Origin: Candidatus Kapaibacterium sp.
Lineage (GTDB): Bacteria > Bacteroidota > Ignavibacteria > Kapaibacteriales > Kapaibacteriaceae
Direction of reading: 5' to 3'
Length of the DNA stretch: 64,000 nucleotides
Assembly: GCA_030830285.1 (NCBI GenBank)
Contig: JAURNF010000218.1
Location: 3,354-67,353, forward strand
The translations under genes and the position numbers were made by a program. How positions within the stretch are numbered: the stretch's first letter is position 1; the number at the start of each line of letters is the position of its first letter. The notes beneath the pieces are model-generated. The model was not told the DNA's origin and ran no database searches. It was given only the letters and a program-made list of their open reading frames with translations. This document shows, one piece after another, positions 1 to 10,436 of this stretch.

Positions 1-43
1 TGCGCGCCGACCTACAACTCTAACCATCTAGAGCGCTCCTTTC

Positions 44-2899
44 ATGAAGACTCTCCTCAGCATCATCACGCTATGCATTGGCGTTCAGTGCGCATCAGCG
101 CAAGCTACCAATCCGCATGAGCGGCTTATGGAGCGTGCGCATCCCACGCCACGTATGATGAAGAAGTATGGCGAACCGACACTGATGGTGCCAGTTGTAG
201 AAGAGTCGGTGCTTCTATCGAGCTTCCTTAATGTGAACATGATTGCACAGGAGAACGATCAGCTTCCAGCGCAGAACGAGTCATCCATTGCAATCAATCC
301 ACTCAATCCTGCCAACATGATCGGCAGTGCTGTTGATTATCGTGGCAATTCATCGACGTGGGCATATTACTCGAACGACTCAGGTCGCACATGGAAGAAC
401 ATCACACTAGGTGCGGCTCGTCCGGGCTGGCGATCAAGCAACGACCCATCGGTGTGCTTCGACCACAAGGGCAAGGGCTATCTGTGTTACGGCGGTTTCA
501 ACCGTCAGGGCAATGCACAGTTTGGTGAGAATGGCGTATTCATCAGCTCAACCACAGATGGTGGTGCTACATGGTCGATGCGACACACGGCTGTGATCAT
601 TCACACTGGACAACAGACTGCTGATTCTGCCTTCGAAGACAAGTACTACGTCCATGCAGACACAGCCGCATCGAGTCCGCACCGCGGACATCTCTACATT
701 CCGTGGAAGCGCGTTATCAATCGCGATTCATCCACAACGATCGTCATCACCAAGAGCACAGACGAGGGCGCTACGTGGTCGACTCCAGTTGCTGTGAGTG
801 ATCGATTCCCTGGCACATCTGAAGCAACAACGTTTGGTCAGAGCTTTCCACTCGCACGCACAGGACCCGATGGATCTGTGCATGTAGTGTGGAACAGCGG
901 CACAGAAAGCTCACTACGATATGCCCGATCAACCGACGGTGGCGCTACATGGTCTGCACCACGTGTGCTCCACACCTACAACCCATTTGGTGTGAAGAGC
1001 GTCGTGTCTGGACAATCCAACTCACGCGTAAAGGGCGTTGTGCGTGCTGAGTGTTATCCGACACTAGCCATCGACAACACGGGTGGACCGCGCAACGGGT
1101 GGATGTACCTCACGTGGGCGGCAGACAATCCGTATCCAAATGTCTACTTCTCACGCTCAACAGATAACGGCAACACGTGGTCAACCCCCGTGATTGCACA
1201 CAGCGACACCACCAACGATCAGTTCTGGTCGCGGATCACCCTCGACCCAACCAACGGCGATGTTGCCATCATGTACAGCGACAGCCGTGAGGATCCAAAC
1301 AATATTCTCGTGCACACGTACGTAAGCTGGTCAACAGACGGAGGATCTACATGGCTTGACCGTCGTGTTGGCGATGGGATTAATGACCTGCGTCGTAACC
1401 CGTTCGACGGCAATACCTTCGCCGGCGATTACTCTGGCTGTGATATGCGTGATGGCGTTGTGTACCCATCGTGGGTTGATATGCGCAACACGTTTGTCAA
1501 TTCTGCAGATAACGATGTGTACACGGCGCGTGTCGATACGCGCGCACCAGCCGCACCTCGACGATTCGTTGCACGAACTGTGCCGATTCGTCCAACCACG
1601 ATCGCGCTCTCGTGGGATCGCGTAACCTCACTGAGCTTTGGTCAGCCGCTACCCGAGGGAGCACAGATCAGTATCGCTCGTGATGGTCAGCGGATTGCGC
1701 TGCTATCTCCAGCAGACACAGCAATGATCGACACCGGCCTTGTTGAATACCGTCGTTACACCTACACTCTCGATGTGGTTGCGAACAATCGTTATGCAGT
1801 CCAACGTGAAGCATCTGCGTTTGCTGGTGGTGCACGTCAACCAGCAGCACCAACACTACGCTCGGTACTTGGCAGTGGCGATACATCGATCACCGGACGT
1901 GTGGTGTTGCCAACACGTCGACTCGACAGTGTGACGGCGCTCGTGAATCTGCGAGCGCTCAATCTCTTTGCGGCTGGTACGAAGGAGCCGCTCCCTGTTA
2001 TGACCAGCGATACTGGACGCATCGTTGAGCCGCGCATCTCGATGAATGAGCGCGGCTGGTATCCGGTGTGGTGCTCTGTAGAAGATGCGGCGAGTAATGC
2101 GAGTCCATCGAGCGACACACTGTGGACGTATACAGGTGCAATGTGGAATCAATCGTATACGGAAACGTATGCACGTGATCCACGCTACTACGTAACGTCA
2201 GGTTCGTGGGGTCGCACGACAAACTTCGCTCGCAGTGCGCCTGCATCATTTGCGCACGCTCCGGCCGGACCATACGCAGGAAGCCGTCGTGATACGTGCA
2301 ATCTGTACCCGGCATACATCGGCACGCTTCCTCCGGAAACAGCGCTCACACTTACCATGTATGTTGCTGCATTTATCGATCCTTCAGACACGATGTTCCT
2401 GGAAGCATCATCAACAGGATTTGCGGGAACGTATTCTACACTCGACTGGTGGAATGCCTCGCGCGATGCGCGATGGAACGACACAACCAAGGGCGACGAC
2501 GCATGGCGTGCGTGGAGTATTCGCATTCCATCAGATCTTGCCAGCGATACGATGCACCTACGTTTGCGCTTCCGCAGCAATGCATCACGTCAGTCAGATG
2601 GATTCTACATCGATGACGTCCGCTTCGAGCTTGTGTCGCGTGTCGATGAAGAGCCAATCCACATCGTCGAAGTATGGCCGAACCCCGCGGGAAGTCAGGC
2701 CACACTCACCATGCACAGTGACGAAGCAATCTCGGATGTTCTGTGCGTAAGCGCGAGTGGTGAGCGCATGCCGATATCATGGTCGCAGGCTGGGCGCACG
2801 GTGCGGCTTGATCTGCGATCCCTCGCAGCAGGAATGTACAGTGTGATCGTAGAGTGTAGCTCGACTCGTGTACGTGCAACCGTAAGCGTTGTGCGTTAA
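44..2899 (+). CDS. Secreted BNR/Asp-box (sialidase-like beta-propeller) protein with FN3-like domain and T9SS C-terminal sorting domain
   Basis: Signal peptide (ASA|Q); repeated Asp-box motifs (SNDSGRTW, STTDGGATW, STDEGATW, STDNGNTW, STDGGSTW); C-terminal VWPNPA...LAAGMYSV...VVR typical of a T9SS type A CTD. Confidence 0.8.
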   Translation: MKTLLSIITLCIGVQCASAQATNPHERLMERAHPTPRMMKKYGEPTLMVPVVEESVLLSSFLNVNMIAQENDQLPAQNESSIAINPLNPANMIGSAVDYRGNSSTWAYYSNDSGRTWKNITLGAARPGWRSSNDPSVCFDHKGKGYLCYGGFNRQGNAQFGENGVFISSTTDGGATWSMRHTAVIIHTGQQTADSAFEDKYYVHADTAASSPHRGHLYIPWKRVINRDSSTTIVITKSTDEGATWSTPVAVSDRFPGTSEATTFGQSFPLARTGPDGSVHVVWNSGTESSLRYARSTDGGATWSAPRVLHTYNPFGVKSVVSGQSNSRVKGVVRAECYPTLAIDNTGGPRNGWMYLTWAADNPYPNVYFSRSTDNGNTWSTPVIAHSDTTNDQFWSRITLDPTNGDVAIMYSDSREDPNNILVHTYVSWSTDGGSTWLDRRVGDGINDLRRNPFDGNTFAGDYSGCDMRDGVVYPSWVDMRNTFVNSADNDVYTARVDTRAPAAPRRFVARTVPIRPTTIALSWDRVTSLSFGQPLPEGAQISIARDGQRIALLSPADTAMIDTGLVEYRRYTYTLDVVANNRYAVQREASAFAGGARQPAAPTLRSVLGSGDTSITGRVVLPTRRLDSVTALVNLRALNLFAAGTKEPLPVMTSDTGRIVEPRISMNERGWYPVWCSVEDAASNASPSSDTLWTYTGAMWNQSYTETYARDPRYYVTSGSWGRTTNFARSAPASFAHAPAGPYAGSRRDTCNLYPAYIGTLPPETALTLTMYVAAFIDPSDTMFLEASSTGFAGTYSTLDWWNASRDARWNDTTKGDDAWRAWSIRIPSDLASDTMHLRLRFRSNASRQSDGFYIDDVRFELVSRVDEEPIHIVEVWPNPAGSQATLTMHSDEAISDVLCVSASGERMPISWSQAGRTVRLDLRSLAAGMYSVIVECSSTRVRATVSVVR

Positions 2900-3939
2900 C
2901 CCTGGGTTAGCGCAAAGGAGATTGTGGTACCAACGTTTGGTGTACTTGTGATTGCAACGCTCGAGCGGTGTGCTTCGCAGATATGCTTCACGATGGCGAG
3001 TCCAAGTCCAGTACCTCCAACGGCGCGCGATCGATCCTTATCAACGCGATAGAATCGCTCAAAGATGCGTGGCAGGTGTTCTTCGGGGATACCAATACCC
3101 GTATCACGTACCGTGATCTTCCACCGATCTGCATTACGTTCGACGATCACATCAACACGACCGTTGATCACGTTGTACTTGATCGCGTTCTCGACTAGGT
3201 TTACGAGTACTTGCGAGATGCGCTCGCGGTCGCCGTACACGTATGCTTCATCGGGCAGCGTTGCATGCAGCTCAACCTGTTGTTGCTCAGCACGGATGTG
3301 AAGCTCCTCAACGAGGTCACGAACAAGGTCGGCGATATCGAACGAGCGGAACGAGAACTTCAGCTCACCGCTCTCAATCCGCGAAATGTCGATCAGATCG
3401 TTGAGTAGCACATTCAAGCGCAATGCATTGTTATATGCCTTCTCGAGAAACTGCTGCGACACAGCGGGATCATCTGCAGCGCCATCAAGAAGTGTCTCGA
3501 GGTACCCTTGAACGCTAAAGATTGGTGTGCGGAGTTCGTGTGATACGTTGGCAATGAATTCTGAACGCACGCGCTCGAGTCGACGCAGATCATCGATATC
3601 CTGTGCTGCACGTGAGGCGAGTTTGTTGATTGCATCCGCTACGTGAATCGCATCTGATGATGCAGTCTGTGGCAACTCAATGCGTCCAGACACAGCGCCT
3701 TCGGCGATGGCTTGCGTTACTGACGTGATCTCAGCAAGAGGTTGTGCGATGGCTCGGGAGACTCTTGTACGGAGCGTGACGAGTCCAACAACCGAAACAA
3801 CGATTGCAGCCATGATCGCAAGGATCGTCACGTCGAAGATTGGTCCAGCAACAATGATGCAACCACTCACGCACACCATGAGTGCGACATGCAGCGTTAT
3901 CATTCGTTGGATATCCGGCCTATGTGTCGGGAGCGCCAT
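2896..3939 (-). CDS. PhoR-like sensor histidine kinase (2 TM, HAMP, HisKA, HATPase)
   Basis: H-box FIANVSHELRTP, N-box NLVENAIKY, G1 DTGIGI, F-box IFERFYRVDKDRSR, G2 GTGLGLAIVKH; stop overlaps the convergent gene at TTAA 2896-2899. Confidence 0.9.
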   Translation of the reverse strand: MALPTHRPDIQRMITLHVALMVCVSGCIIVAGPIFDVTILAIMAAIVVSVVGLVTLRTRVSRAIAQPLAEITSVTQAIAEGAVSGRIELPQTASSDAIHVADAINKLASRAAQDIDDLRRLERVRSEFIANVSHELRTPIFSVQGYLETLLDGAADDPAVSQQFLEKAYNNALRLNVLLNDLIDISRIESGELKFSFRSFDIADLVRDLVEELHIRAEQQQVELHATLPDEAYVYGDRERISQVLVNLVENAIKYNVINGRVDVIVERNADRWKITVRDTGIGIPEEHLPRIFERFYRVDKDRSRAVGGTGLGLAIVKHICEAHRSSVAITSTPNVGTTISFALTQG

Positions 3940-3951
3940 GGCGCAAGATAC

Positions 3952-4653
3952 TTAGCCCTGTTCCGAGAAGCGGTATCCAGCACCCTTCACGGTTTCAATA
4001 CGGTTGCCGTGTTTGCCCAGCTTTTCACGGACCTTGCTTACGTGTACGTCTACTGTGCGGTCGATCACGTAGACGCTCTCGCCCCAAATGCGACGAAGAA
4101 GGGCTTCGCGCGAGAATACCTTACCACGGTTCGATGCGAGGAAGGCGAGGAGCTCGAATTCCTTCTTTGGGAAGAACGTTTCCTTACCGTCAATCTTCAC
4201 CGTGTAATTCTGGCGGTTGACTTCGATCGTTCCAATACGAAGGACCTCAGGAGCGGCAACAGTCTCCGTGCGTACGCGGTCGGAGCCACGACGGAAGATC
4301 GTTTTCACTCGCGCGAGGAGGACTCTCGGGGAGATCGGCTTCTGTATGTAATCGTCAGCTCCGAGCTCCAGACCCAAGATTTGGTCGATTTCGCCCGCTT
4401 TAGCCGTTAGAAAGACAATTGCCGTTGACTGCATTGAGGGATCTTGACGCAAAGTCCGGCAGACCTCAAACCCGTCCAGCCCTGGCATCATGATGTCGAG
4501 AATGACCAGATCTGGGCGCATGCGCTGCGCAAGTTCGACAGCATCGGTGCCATTACTGGCCGTCGCAACCTCATACCCCTCCTTGCTGAGGTTGTACGAA
4601 ATGAGATCGACAATGTCTTGCTCGTCGTCCACCACGAGAATGGTCTTTTGCAT
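3952..4653 (-). CDS. OmpR/PhoB-family response regulator (PhoP/PhoB-like)
   Basis: Receiver motifs ILVVDDE, LDIMMPGLDG, GADDYIQKP; winged helix RTVDVHVSKVREKL...ETVKGAGYRF. Confidence 0.92.
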   Translation of the reverse strand: MQKTILVVDDEQDIVDLISYNLSKEGYEVATASNGTDAVELAQRMRPDLVILDIMMPGLDGFEVCRTLRQDPSMQSTAIVFLTAKAGEIDQILGLELGADDYIQKPISPRVLLARVKTIFRRGSDRVRTETVAAPEVLRIGTIEVNRQNYTVKIDGKETFFPKKEFELLAFLASNRGKVFSREALLRRIWGESVYVIDRTVDVHVSKVREKLGKHGNRIETVKGAGYRFSEQG

Positions 4654-4657
4654 GGGA

Positions 4658-4665
4658 CAAAACTA
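4658..4665 (-). promoter_or_regulatory. Bacteroidota-type -7 promoter element (TAGTTTTG) for the response regulator
   Basis: Matches TAnnTTTG; 4 nt upstream of the ATG at 4653. Confidence 0.65.
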
Positions 4666-4685
4666 CCATGCTGGCCCCCTACGAA

Positions 4686-4718
4686 CTGGTTAAAATCTGG
4701 TAACACGAACGGAACAAT
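4686..4718. promoter_or_regulatory. Putative OmpR/PhoB-type operator (three direct repeats at 11-bp period)
   Basis: GTTAAA (4689), GTAACA (4700), GGAACA (4711), just upstream of the response regulator promoter. Confidence 0.45.
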
Positions 4719-4752
4719 GGGGCATATATCTGCCTAAATTGAGCCCTCATCC

Positions 4753-7700
4753 ATGCTTCGCCAGCGACCACACCGCCACGCTTGGTGTCGACCATATTCA
4801 TGGCCGCTGTGGCGCATATTGACTGGACTGATTGTTCTCGCCGTTTCAACATTTGACGCGTCAGCGCAATCACCTTCAACGTCGACATGGTACTTCGGTA
4901 ATCGCGCAGGGATAGCATTCCGAGATGGCGGTGTTCAGGTGCTCGCCGACGGACAGATGTCAACGTCAGAAGGGTGCGCAACTATCTCTGATCCAGCTAC
5001 AGGTGAACTGTTGTTCTACACCGACGGCATTACCGTTTGGAATCGACTCCACGAAGTGATGCCGAATGGAACAGGGCTGTTTGGCGATCGTTCAACTGCG
5101 CAAAGTGCAATCATTGTTCCAGCGCCTGGACGTCCATCGATTTACTACATCTTCAATCCCGCAGCGATCTCTGCATCGAACCTTGGTGATCGATGCTTGT
5201 GTTTGTACTACTCCATCGTCGACATGCGCAACGACGCTGGGTTCGGCGATGTGATCAAGAAGAATGATCTGCTGCTGAACGACGTAACCGAACACATCAC
5301 TGCAACAGCCGACTGTCAAGGCGATGGATGGTGGATCATCACGCGCAGTCGCAGCACGCGACACTTCTACAGTCTCCATCTCACACGCTTAGGTCTATCG
5401 ACTGCACCGGTTGTTTCTGACGCAGGGTATCCTTCGACAGCGATTCGTGGTGAAGGCCAGATGCATGTCTCACCGAATGGACAGCATCTGATCTACACGT
5501 CAATGACTGGTCGAACGCTGTTATACGATTTCGATGGTGAGGCTGGCAAGGTCACCTATCGAACACTTTTGTTCCCCATTGATGCGTACGGAAAGCACTA
5601 CGGCGCTGCGTTTTCACCCAATAGTGAAAAGGTCTACGTCAACGTTGCGAACATCTCCGAGCTGGCACGCACGGAAATCGTACAGTTCGACATCACCGAG
5701 CGGGATCCCGAACTCGTGATGAAGTCGGGGTACATTCTTGCTGAATTGAACGATGTGTACACGCACGTTCCATTGCAACTCGCTCCCGATGGGAAGGTTT
5801 ACGTTGGCAGACCTGGGCAGCCTTGGCTTGCAGCCATTGAACGTCCAAATGAAGATTCAGCACGCGCCATGTTTCGCGACTCTGTGGTTCGTCTCACGGG
5901 CTCGTGTCAATTCGGATTGCCAAACATTCCGGGCACGTTGCTTGTAGATCAGGCAACACGACAAACAGCATGCAGTTTGCCGCGAGCTGCGTTTTCACTC
6001 ACTGACAGCGTGTGTGCTGGATCGTGTGTAGTTCTCAAGGACCTGAGCACAGGCACCATTGCAACATGGCAATGGGGCGTGATGAATGGAACGCCATCGA
6101 CGACCTCATTGCAGAGTCCGACGGTGTGCTTCACAAAACCCGGGATACATGCCATCCGATTGATCGTTGCCAACGGATACGGTGCAGATACCGCATTCAA
6201 CACCATCACTGTTCTCCCGCAACCCACCCTCGTGATCGACTCAGTGGGTGAACAGTGCGCGTATGAACCTGTGCGACTACGTGTATCTGGTGCGGCAACA
6301 TATGAATGGTCCCCAGCATCTGTGTTCGACGACCATACACGCCCCGATCCTATTGCCCGTGTGAGTAGCACAACGCGCTTTGTTGTGATTGGTACAAGCG
6401 CCGAGGGGTGCCGTGATACGGCTACCGTACTTGTTCGTGTGAGTGACATGGATGCCGATGGCGATGCTACGATTTGTCGTGGCACATCAGTTCCATTGCG
6501 CGTGCGTGGTGCGGAACAGGTGTCCTGGATACCAACAACAGGTTTGTCCGACCCAACGTCGATGGACCCAATCGCGCGTCCTATGGTGACCACAGCATAC
6601 GTCGCAACGATGACGACTGACGACTGTGTGGTTTTGGATACGGTGATCATCACAGTGGTTGACGACTTTGATGTAACGATTACAGGACAGCTTCGTGGAT
6701 GCCCTGGCGATACCGTGACGCTTACTGCATCAGTTGGTGCAACGCATCAGTGGCAAGGCCAGGGAATCATTGGAACCGATGGTGCTTCTGCACGTGTGGT
6801 CATTGGATCAACACTGCAGCGCATTTACGTAACAGCAATCAGTGGCGATTGTGAGGATGTTGACTCCGTAACGGTTACACCTCTGCCAGTGCCGACACTC
6901 TCTGTGCCCTTAAGCATCAGCGTGTGTCGTGGAGAGTCGGCAGTGATTACTGCTCAAACTAGCGGCGACATAACGCAATGGTCTCCGTCGATTGATCTCG
7001 ATCAAGACACGAGCGCCATAGTAACTGTTACGCCAACTGCATCACGCACATACATTGTTCGCGCGACATTGCGAGACGGATGTTCCATTGCTGATACGGT
7101 GCGTGTCGTGGTGGTTGACCCTCCGACAATCGAGGCAGGACCAGACGTGTTTCTGTGCAGTGGTGAGTCGATCCAGATTGCTGCATCAGGAAGCGCTGAT
7201 CGTGTGGAATGGTCACCTACCGATGGATTGTCAGATCCCTCCGCTCTTGCTCCAATTGCATCACCCTCGATAACAACTACCTATGTGATGCGAGGTCTTA
7301 GTGGATCGTGCGAAACGCTTGACACGATGACAATCGTTGTATCAACATTCGACGTCCAAGCATCGGCCGACACAGCAATTTGTCTTGGCGAGACTGTTCA
7401 ACTCACTGCTACTGGTGCTGGACGATATGTGTGGTCACCTTCAACTGGACTCGATGATCCGCGTAGTGCTCGACCACTTGCACGTCCGGCAGTAACAACA
7501 ACGTACACTGTAACTGGCTACGATGCGCGCGACTGCGACGAGCGAGCAACGGTAACAATCACCGTTCGAGATACCACGCCAATCGTGCTCTCTGCTGGCA
7601 GTGTTACGGCACGAGCTGGAACGGAAGACCTCGGCATTCCAATCTTTGTCGAAGTGCCATCATGGCGCTTGCCACTGCGGATCTCTGAGCTTCGTGCAAC

Positions 7701-8268
7701 AATGGTGCACGATGCATCGATATTTATTCCCGACTCAACAGATCGTGGCGCAGTTCGTACGAGTGTGCGAGGCAATGATCGTTTATCGTACCTCGTTGTT
7801 CGTGATCAGCTCATTATCGCTCCGCGACAAAAGATCACGGAAGTACGGGGGCTTGTGCTAGCAAGCAGCGTCGAAACAGTTCCGATCTCATGGGAAGACG
7901 TCACATGGTCGGGCGAGTCGTGTCCAACTGTTCGTACAACGCAAGGTCTGCTCTACGTCACAGGTTGCAACATCATCAATCGCATGCTGCGCAACTTCGA
8001 TGCACCAACGGTGCGAGCACAACAGCGCACTGCGTCGGACGTACTTGATGTGGAATTGAAGAGCACAATGCCAGGCTCGTACGTGTTGCGTCTCGTGCAG
8101 ACCGACGGCCGGATCGTATGGTCGACGACGCACGAGAGTGTCTATGGCAAGCACACAACCCCAGCGTTGTTCGCAATTGACATGTCGGTGTTTCAGAGCG
8201 GCTCGTACATGCTCCACATCGTGATGCCCAACACAGTCGAAACGATCCCTGTGATGTGGGTCAAGTAA
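4753..8268 (+). CDS. T9SS cargo protein: beta-propeller, PKD domain, Ig-like repeats, cohesin-like domain, CTD
   Basis: Signal peptide (ASA|Q); WYFG...EGCATISD...LLFYTDG propeller motif; PKD-like segment (PTVCFTKPGIHAIRLIVANGYG); repeats of WSPxxGLSDPxxxxPxAxPxxTTTY; CTD-like end (FQSGSYML...MWVK). Confidence 0.75.
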   Translation: MLRQRPHRHAWCRPYSWPLWRILTGLIVLAVSTFDASAQSPSTSTWYFGNRAGIAFRDGGVQVLADGQMSTSEGCATISDPATGELLFYTDGITVWNRLHEVMPNGTGLFGDRSTAQSAIIVPAPGRPSIYYIFNPAAISASNLGDRCLCLYYSIVDMRNDAGFGDVIKKNDLLLNDVTEHITATADCQGDGWWIITRSRSTRHFYSLHLTRLGLSTAPVVSDAGYPSTAIRGEGQMHVSPNGQHLIYTSMTGRTLLYDFDGEAGKVTYRTLLFPIDAYGKHYGAAFSPNSEKVYVNVANISELARTEIVQFDITERDPELVMKSGYILAELNDVYTHVPLQLAPDGKVYVGRPGQPWLAAIERPNEDSARAMFRDSVVRLTGSCQFGLPNIPGTLLVDQATRQTACSLPRAAFSLTDSVCAGSCVVLKDLSTGTIATWQWGVMNGTPSTTSLQSPTVCFTKPGIHAIRLIVANGYGADTAFNTITVLPQPTLVIDSVGEQCAYEPVRLRVSGAATYEWSPASVFDDHTRPDPIARVSSTTRFVVIGTSAEGCRDTATVLVRVSDMDADGDATICRGTSVPLRVRGAEQVSWIPTTGLSDPTSMDPIARPMVTTAYVATMTTDDCVVLDTVIITVVDDFDVTITGQLRGCPGDTVTLTASVGATHQWQGQGIIGTDGASARVVIGSTLQRIYVTAISGDCEDVDSVTVTPLPVPTLSVPLSISVCRGESAVITAQTSGDITQWSPSIDLDQDTSAIVTVTPTASRTYIVRATLRDGCSIADTVRVVVVDPPTIEAGPDVFLCSGESIQIAASGSADRVEWSPTDGLSDPSALAPIASPSITTTYVMRGLSGSCETLDTMTIVVSTFDVQASADTAICLGETVQLTATGAGRYVWSPSTGLDDPRSARPLARPAVTTTYTVTGYDARDCDERATVTITVRDTTPIVLSAGSVTARAGTEDLGIPIFVEVPSWRLPLRISELRATMVHDASIFIPDSTDRGAVRTSVRGNDRLSYLVVRDQLIIAPRQKITEVRGLVLASSVETVPISWEDVTWSGESCPTVRTTQGLLYVTGCNIINRMLRNFDAPTVRAQQRTASDVLDVELKSTMPGSYVLRLVQTDGRIVWSTTHESVYGKHTTPALFAIDMSVFQSGSYMLHIVMPNTVETIPVMWVK

Positions 8269-8283
8269 TTGCGCTGCAAGCGG

Positions 8284-8291
8284 TAGTTTTG
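8284..8291 (+). promoter_or_regulatory. -7 promoter element (TAGTTTTG) for the TonB-dependent receptor
   Basis: Matches TAnnTTTG; 4 nt upstream of the ATG at 8296. Confidence 0.65.
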
Positions 8292-8295
8292 CTTC

Positions 8296-10422
8296 ATGTA
8301 CGCCCGACGTTCCCACTCCATGTGGGTGTTTACACTTGCGCTTGTCATCATCTCGTTGTCATCACCATCTGTTGCACGTGAGGCCGACTCCGTGCGTGCT
8401 CGGACGCTTACCGACAGCTTACGCTCCTATCTCAAGCAACAGGTAGTCGTTACAGGCACTCGCAATGAAGTGCGCTTGAAGGATTCGCCTGTGCGCGTCG
8501 AAGTGATTGGAAAGGACCGAATTGCTGCAACAGGTATGACCGACCTTGGCGATCTGTTGAAAGAACAGCCTGGATTGCTGATCTCAGGCACGGTGCGCAG
8601 TGGCGTGCAAATGAATGGTCTTGGACCAGACTATACGCTGATTTTGATTGATGGCCAGCCAGTCATTGGACGTGTTGCAGGTGTTCTGGATCTATCGCGC
8701 ATTTCCGTTGGCAACATCGAGCGCGTGGAGATCGTGAAGGGACCAATGAGTAGCATGTTTGGTAGCGAGGCGCTTGCGGGCGTCATCAACATCATCACCA
8801 AGCGTCCGAGCGATGGCATTAATGGTTCCGTCATGCTTCAAGGCCTCACACGGGGTCCGCTCGAAGCACGCGTTGAAGGCGGCTGGGGATCGAATGACCT
8901 TGAACTCTCTGGTTTCGTAAACCTCAAATCGTCACCAGCATTTTCCCTTCCACTCGATAGTCTGTCGATTCCCTACGCAGCATTCACTGACGGAACCACA
9001 CAATTGAAGGCACAGTGGAAGATCGCAAAGGGTTGGACAGCGCGCGGATGGCTCCGATTGTTTGGCAGCGAGACGCAGGGTTCATTCGTTGAAAGCGTTG
9101 CTGGTCAGATCGCACAGAACACAGGATCTGTCACGCAGTGGGATGCATCGAGCACAGTTGGCATCGAGTACCAATCAGGTCGCGCACGACTAACGGTGAA
9201 TGCGTATGGCTCGACATTCCACGAGCGCTACAACTTCGATGTCAAGCAGGGCGATGCTGGTTCGATCGACGACCTACGTCGACGCATTGGCAGACTCTAC
9301 GCGCAATACGACGTACAACTCGGTGCAGCGAATCGTCTGACGGTAGGCGGCGAGATGTTGTATGATGACATTGAAGGATCTCGGTATCGCGACTCCACGG
9401 GGTCGAACCCGTTCTACCGCACAGGTGTTGCATTCGCCCAGTGGGAAGGCATGCCGTTGGATTGGATCTCCTACGTGCTGAGTGCTCGCTACGATGGCAA
9501 CAATGTCTTTGGCGATGCATTCAGTCCGCGCTTCTCACTACTCTGGAAACCAGGTGAGCATCTCCGCGTGTCTGGCTCCATTGGTACCGGCTTTAAAGCG
9601 CCCGACTTCCGTCAGCTGTACGTGACGTTCTCTAATCGATTGGCTGGCGCCGGGTACGACCTCATTGGTGCGGAACGTCTCGGCAGGACGTTGGAACCGG
9701 AACGGAGTCTGTCGTCAGACATTGCCTTGCGGTACGAAGACGGACAGCGCGAGCTTTCGTCGCGTGTCTCGTTGCTGTACAGCGCTGAGCTTCGCTTCTT
9801 CCGCAATGATCTACGCAACCTGATTGAATTCTACTACGTCACCTCACTCAATGGACGTGATGTATACTCGTATCGCAACATCTCACGTGCGTTCACACAG
9901 GGCATCGAAGCTAACCTCCGTCTTGCCGTAGCGAAGGAAAACGGTGCGATGTACACCATCATGGGTGGCTATCAGTATCTCGATGCGAACGACGTACAAG
10001 TGCTCGAGGCAATCGCAAACGGACAGGCCGGTACGATTGCTGGGCCGTTGCGCAGAGAAGACTATCACGGGCTGTGGGGCAGGTCGCGACACAGTGGAAC
10101 TGTGCGACTTCAATACGATGCACCGGAGCGACTCTGGAGTGCAAACATTCGTGCGCAATTCGTTGGTCGCTATGGCGATGAATCACTCGACAAGAATGGA
10201 CCCGTGATAACCGATCCACCGCGGAAGGTGCTGGATCGTGAAGACGAGTTCGTAGCGGGCTACGTTGTGCTGAACATGGGTGGTACCTACACGCTCTCCA
10301 TCGCAGAGCGTCGCGTCGTTATTGGTGCGGGCATCAACAATCTGCTCGACCGCTTTCATCCGACGCTGATACCGAGTCTCGTTGGACGTCAGTTCTATCT
10401 CCAACTCACCGTGCCACTATAA
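8296..10422 (+). CDS. TonB-dependent receptor (CirA/FepA/HmuR-like)
   Basis: TonB-box-like QVVVTGTR; plug motifs ILIDGQP and IERVEIVKGPMSSMFGSEALAGVINIIT; C-terminal GINNLLD...GRQFYLQL. Confidence 0.92.
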   Translation: MYARRSHSMWVFTLALVIISLSSPSVAREADSVRARTLTDSLRSYLKQQVVVTGTRNEVRLKDSPVRVEVIGKDRIAATGMTDLGDLLKEQPGLLISGTVRSGVQMNGLGPDYTLILIDGQPVIGRVAGVLDLSRISVGNIERVEIVKGPMSSMFGSEALAGVINIITKRPSDGINGSVMLQGLTRGPLEARVEGGWGSNDLELSGFVNLKSSPAFSLPLDSLSIPYAAFTDGTTQLKAQWKIAKGWTARGWLRLFGSETQGSFVESVAGQIAQNTGSVTQWDASSTVGIEYQSGRARLTVNAYGSTFHERYNFDVKQGDAGSIDDLRRRIGRLYAQYDVQLGAANRLTVGGEMLYDDIEGSRYRDSTGSNPFYRTGVAFAQWEGMPLDWISYVLSARYDGNNVFGDAFSPRFSLLWKPGEHLRVSGSIGTGFKAPDFRQLYVTFSNRLAGAGYDLIGAERLGRTLEPERSLSSDIALRYEDGQRELSSRVSLLYSAELRFFRNDLRNLIEFYYVTSLNGRDVYSYRNISRAFTQGIEANLRLAVAKENGAMYTIMGGYQYLDANDVQVLEAIANGQAGTIAGPLRREDYHGLWGRSRHSGTVRLQYDAPERLWSANIRAQFVGRYGDESLDKNGPVITDPPRKVLDREDEFVAGYVVLNMGGTYTLSIAERRVVIGAGINNLLDRFHPTLIPSLVGRQFYLQLTVPL

Positions 10423-10436
10423 GCATGCGAGCAGCA

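Noticed and set aside
3742..4410. 222-aa plus-strand ORF, and many similar 60-270-aa overlapping ORFs across the window
   Set aside because: They lie antisense to or out of frame within well-supported genes and are expected from codon bias.
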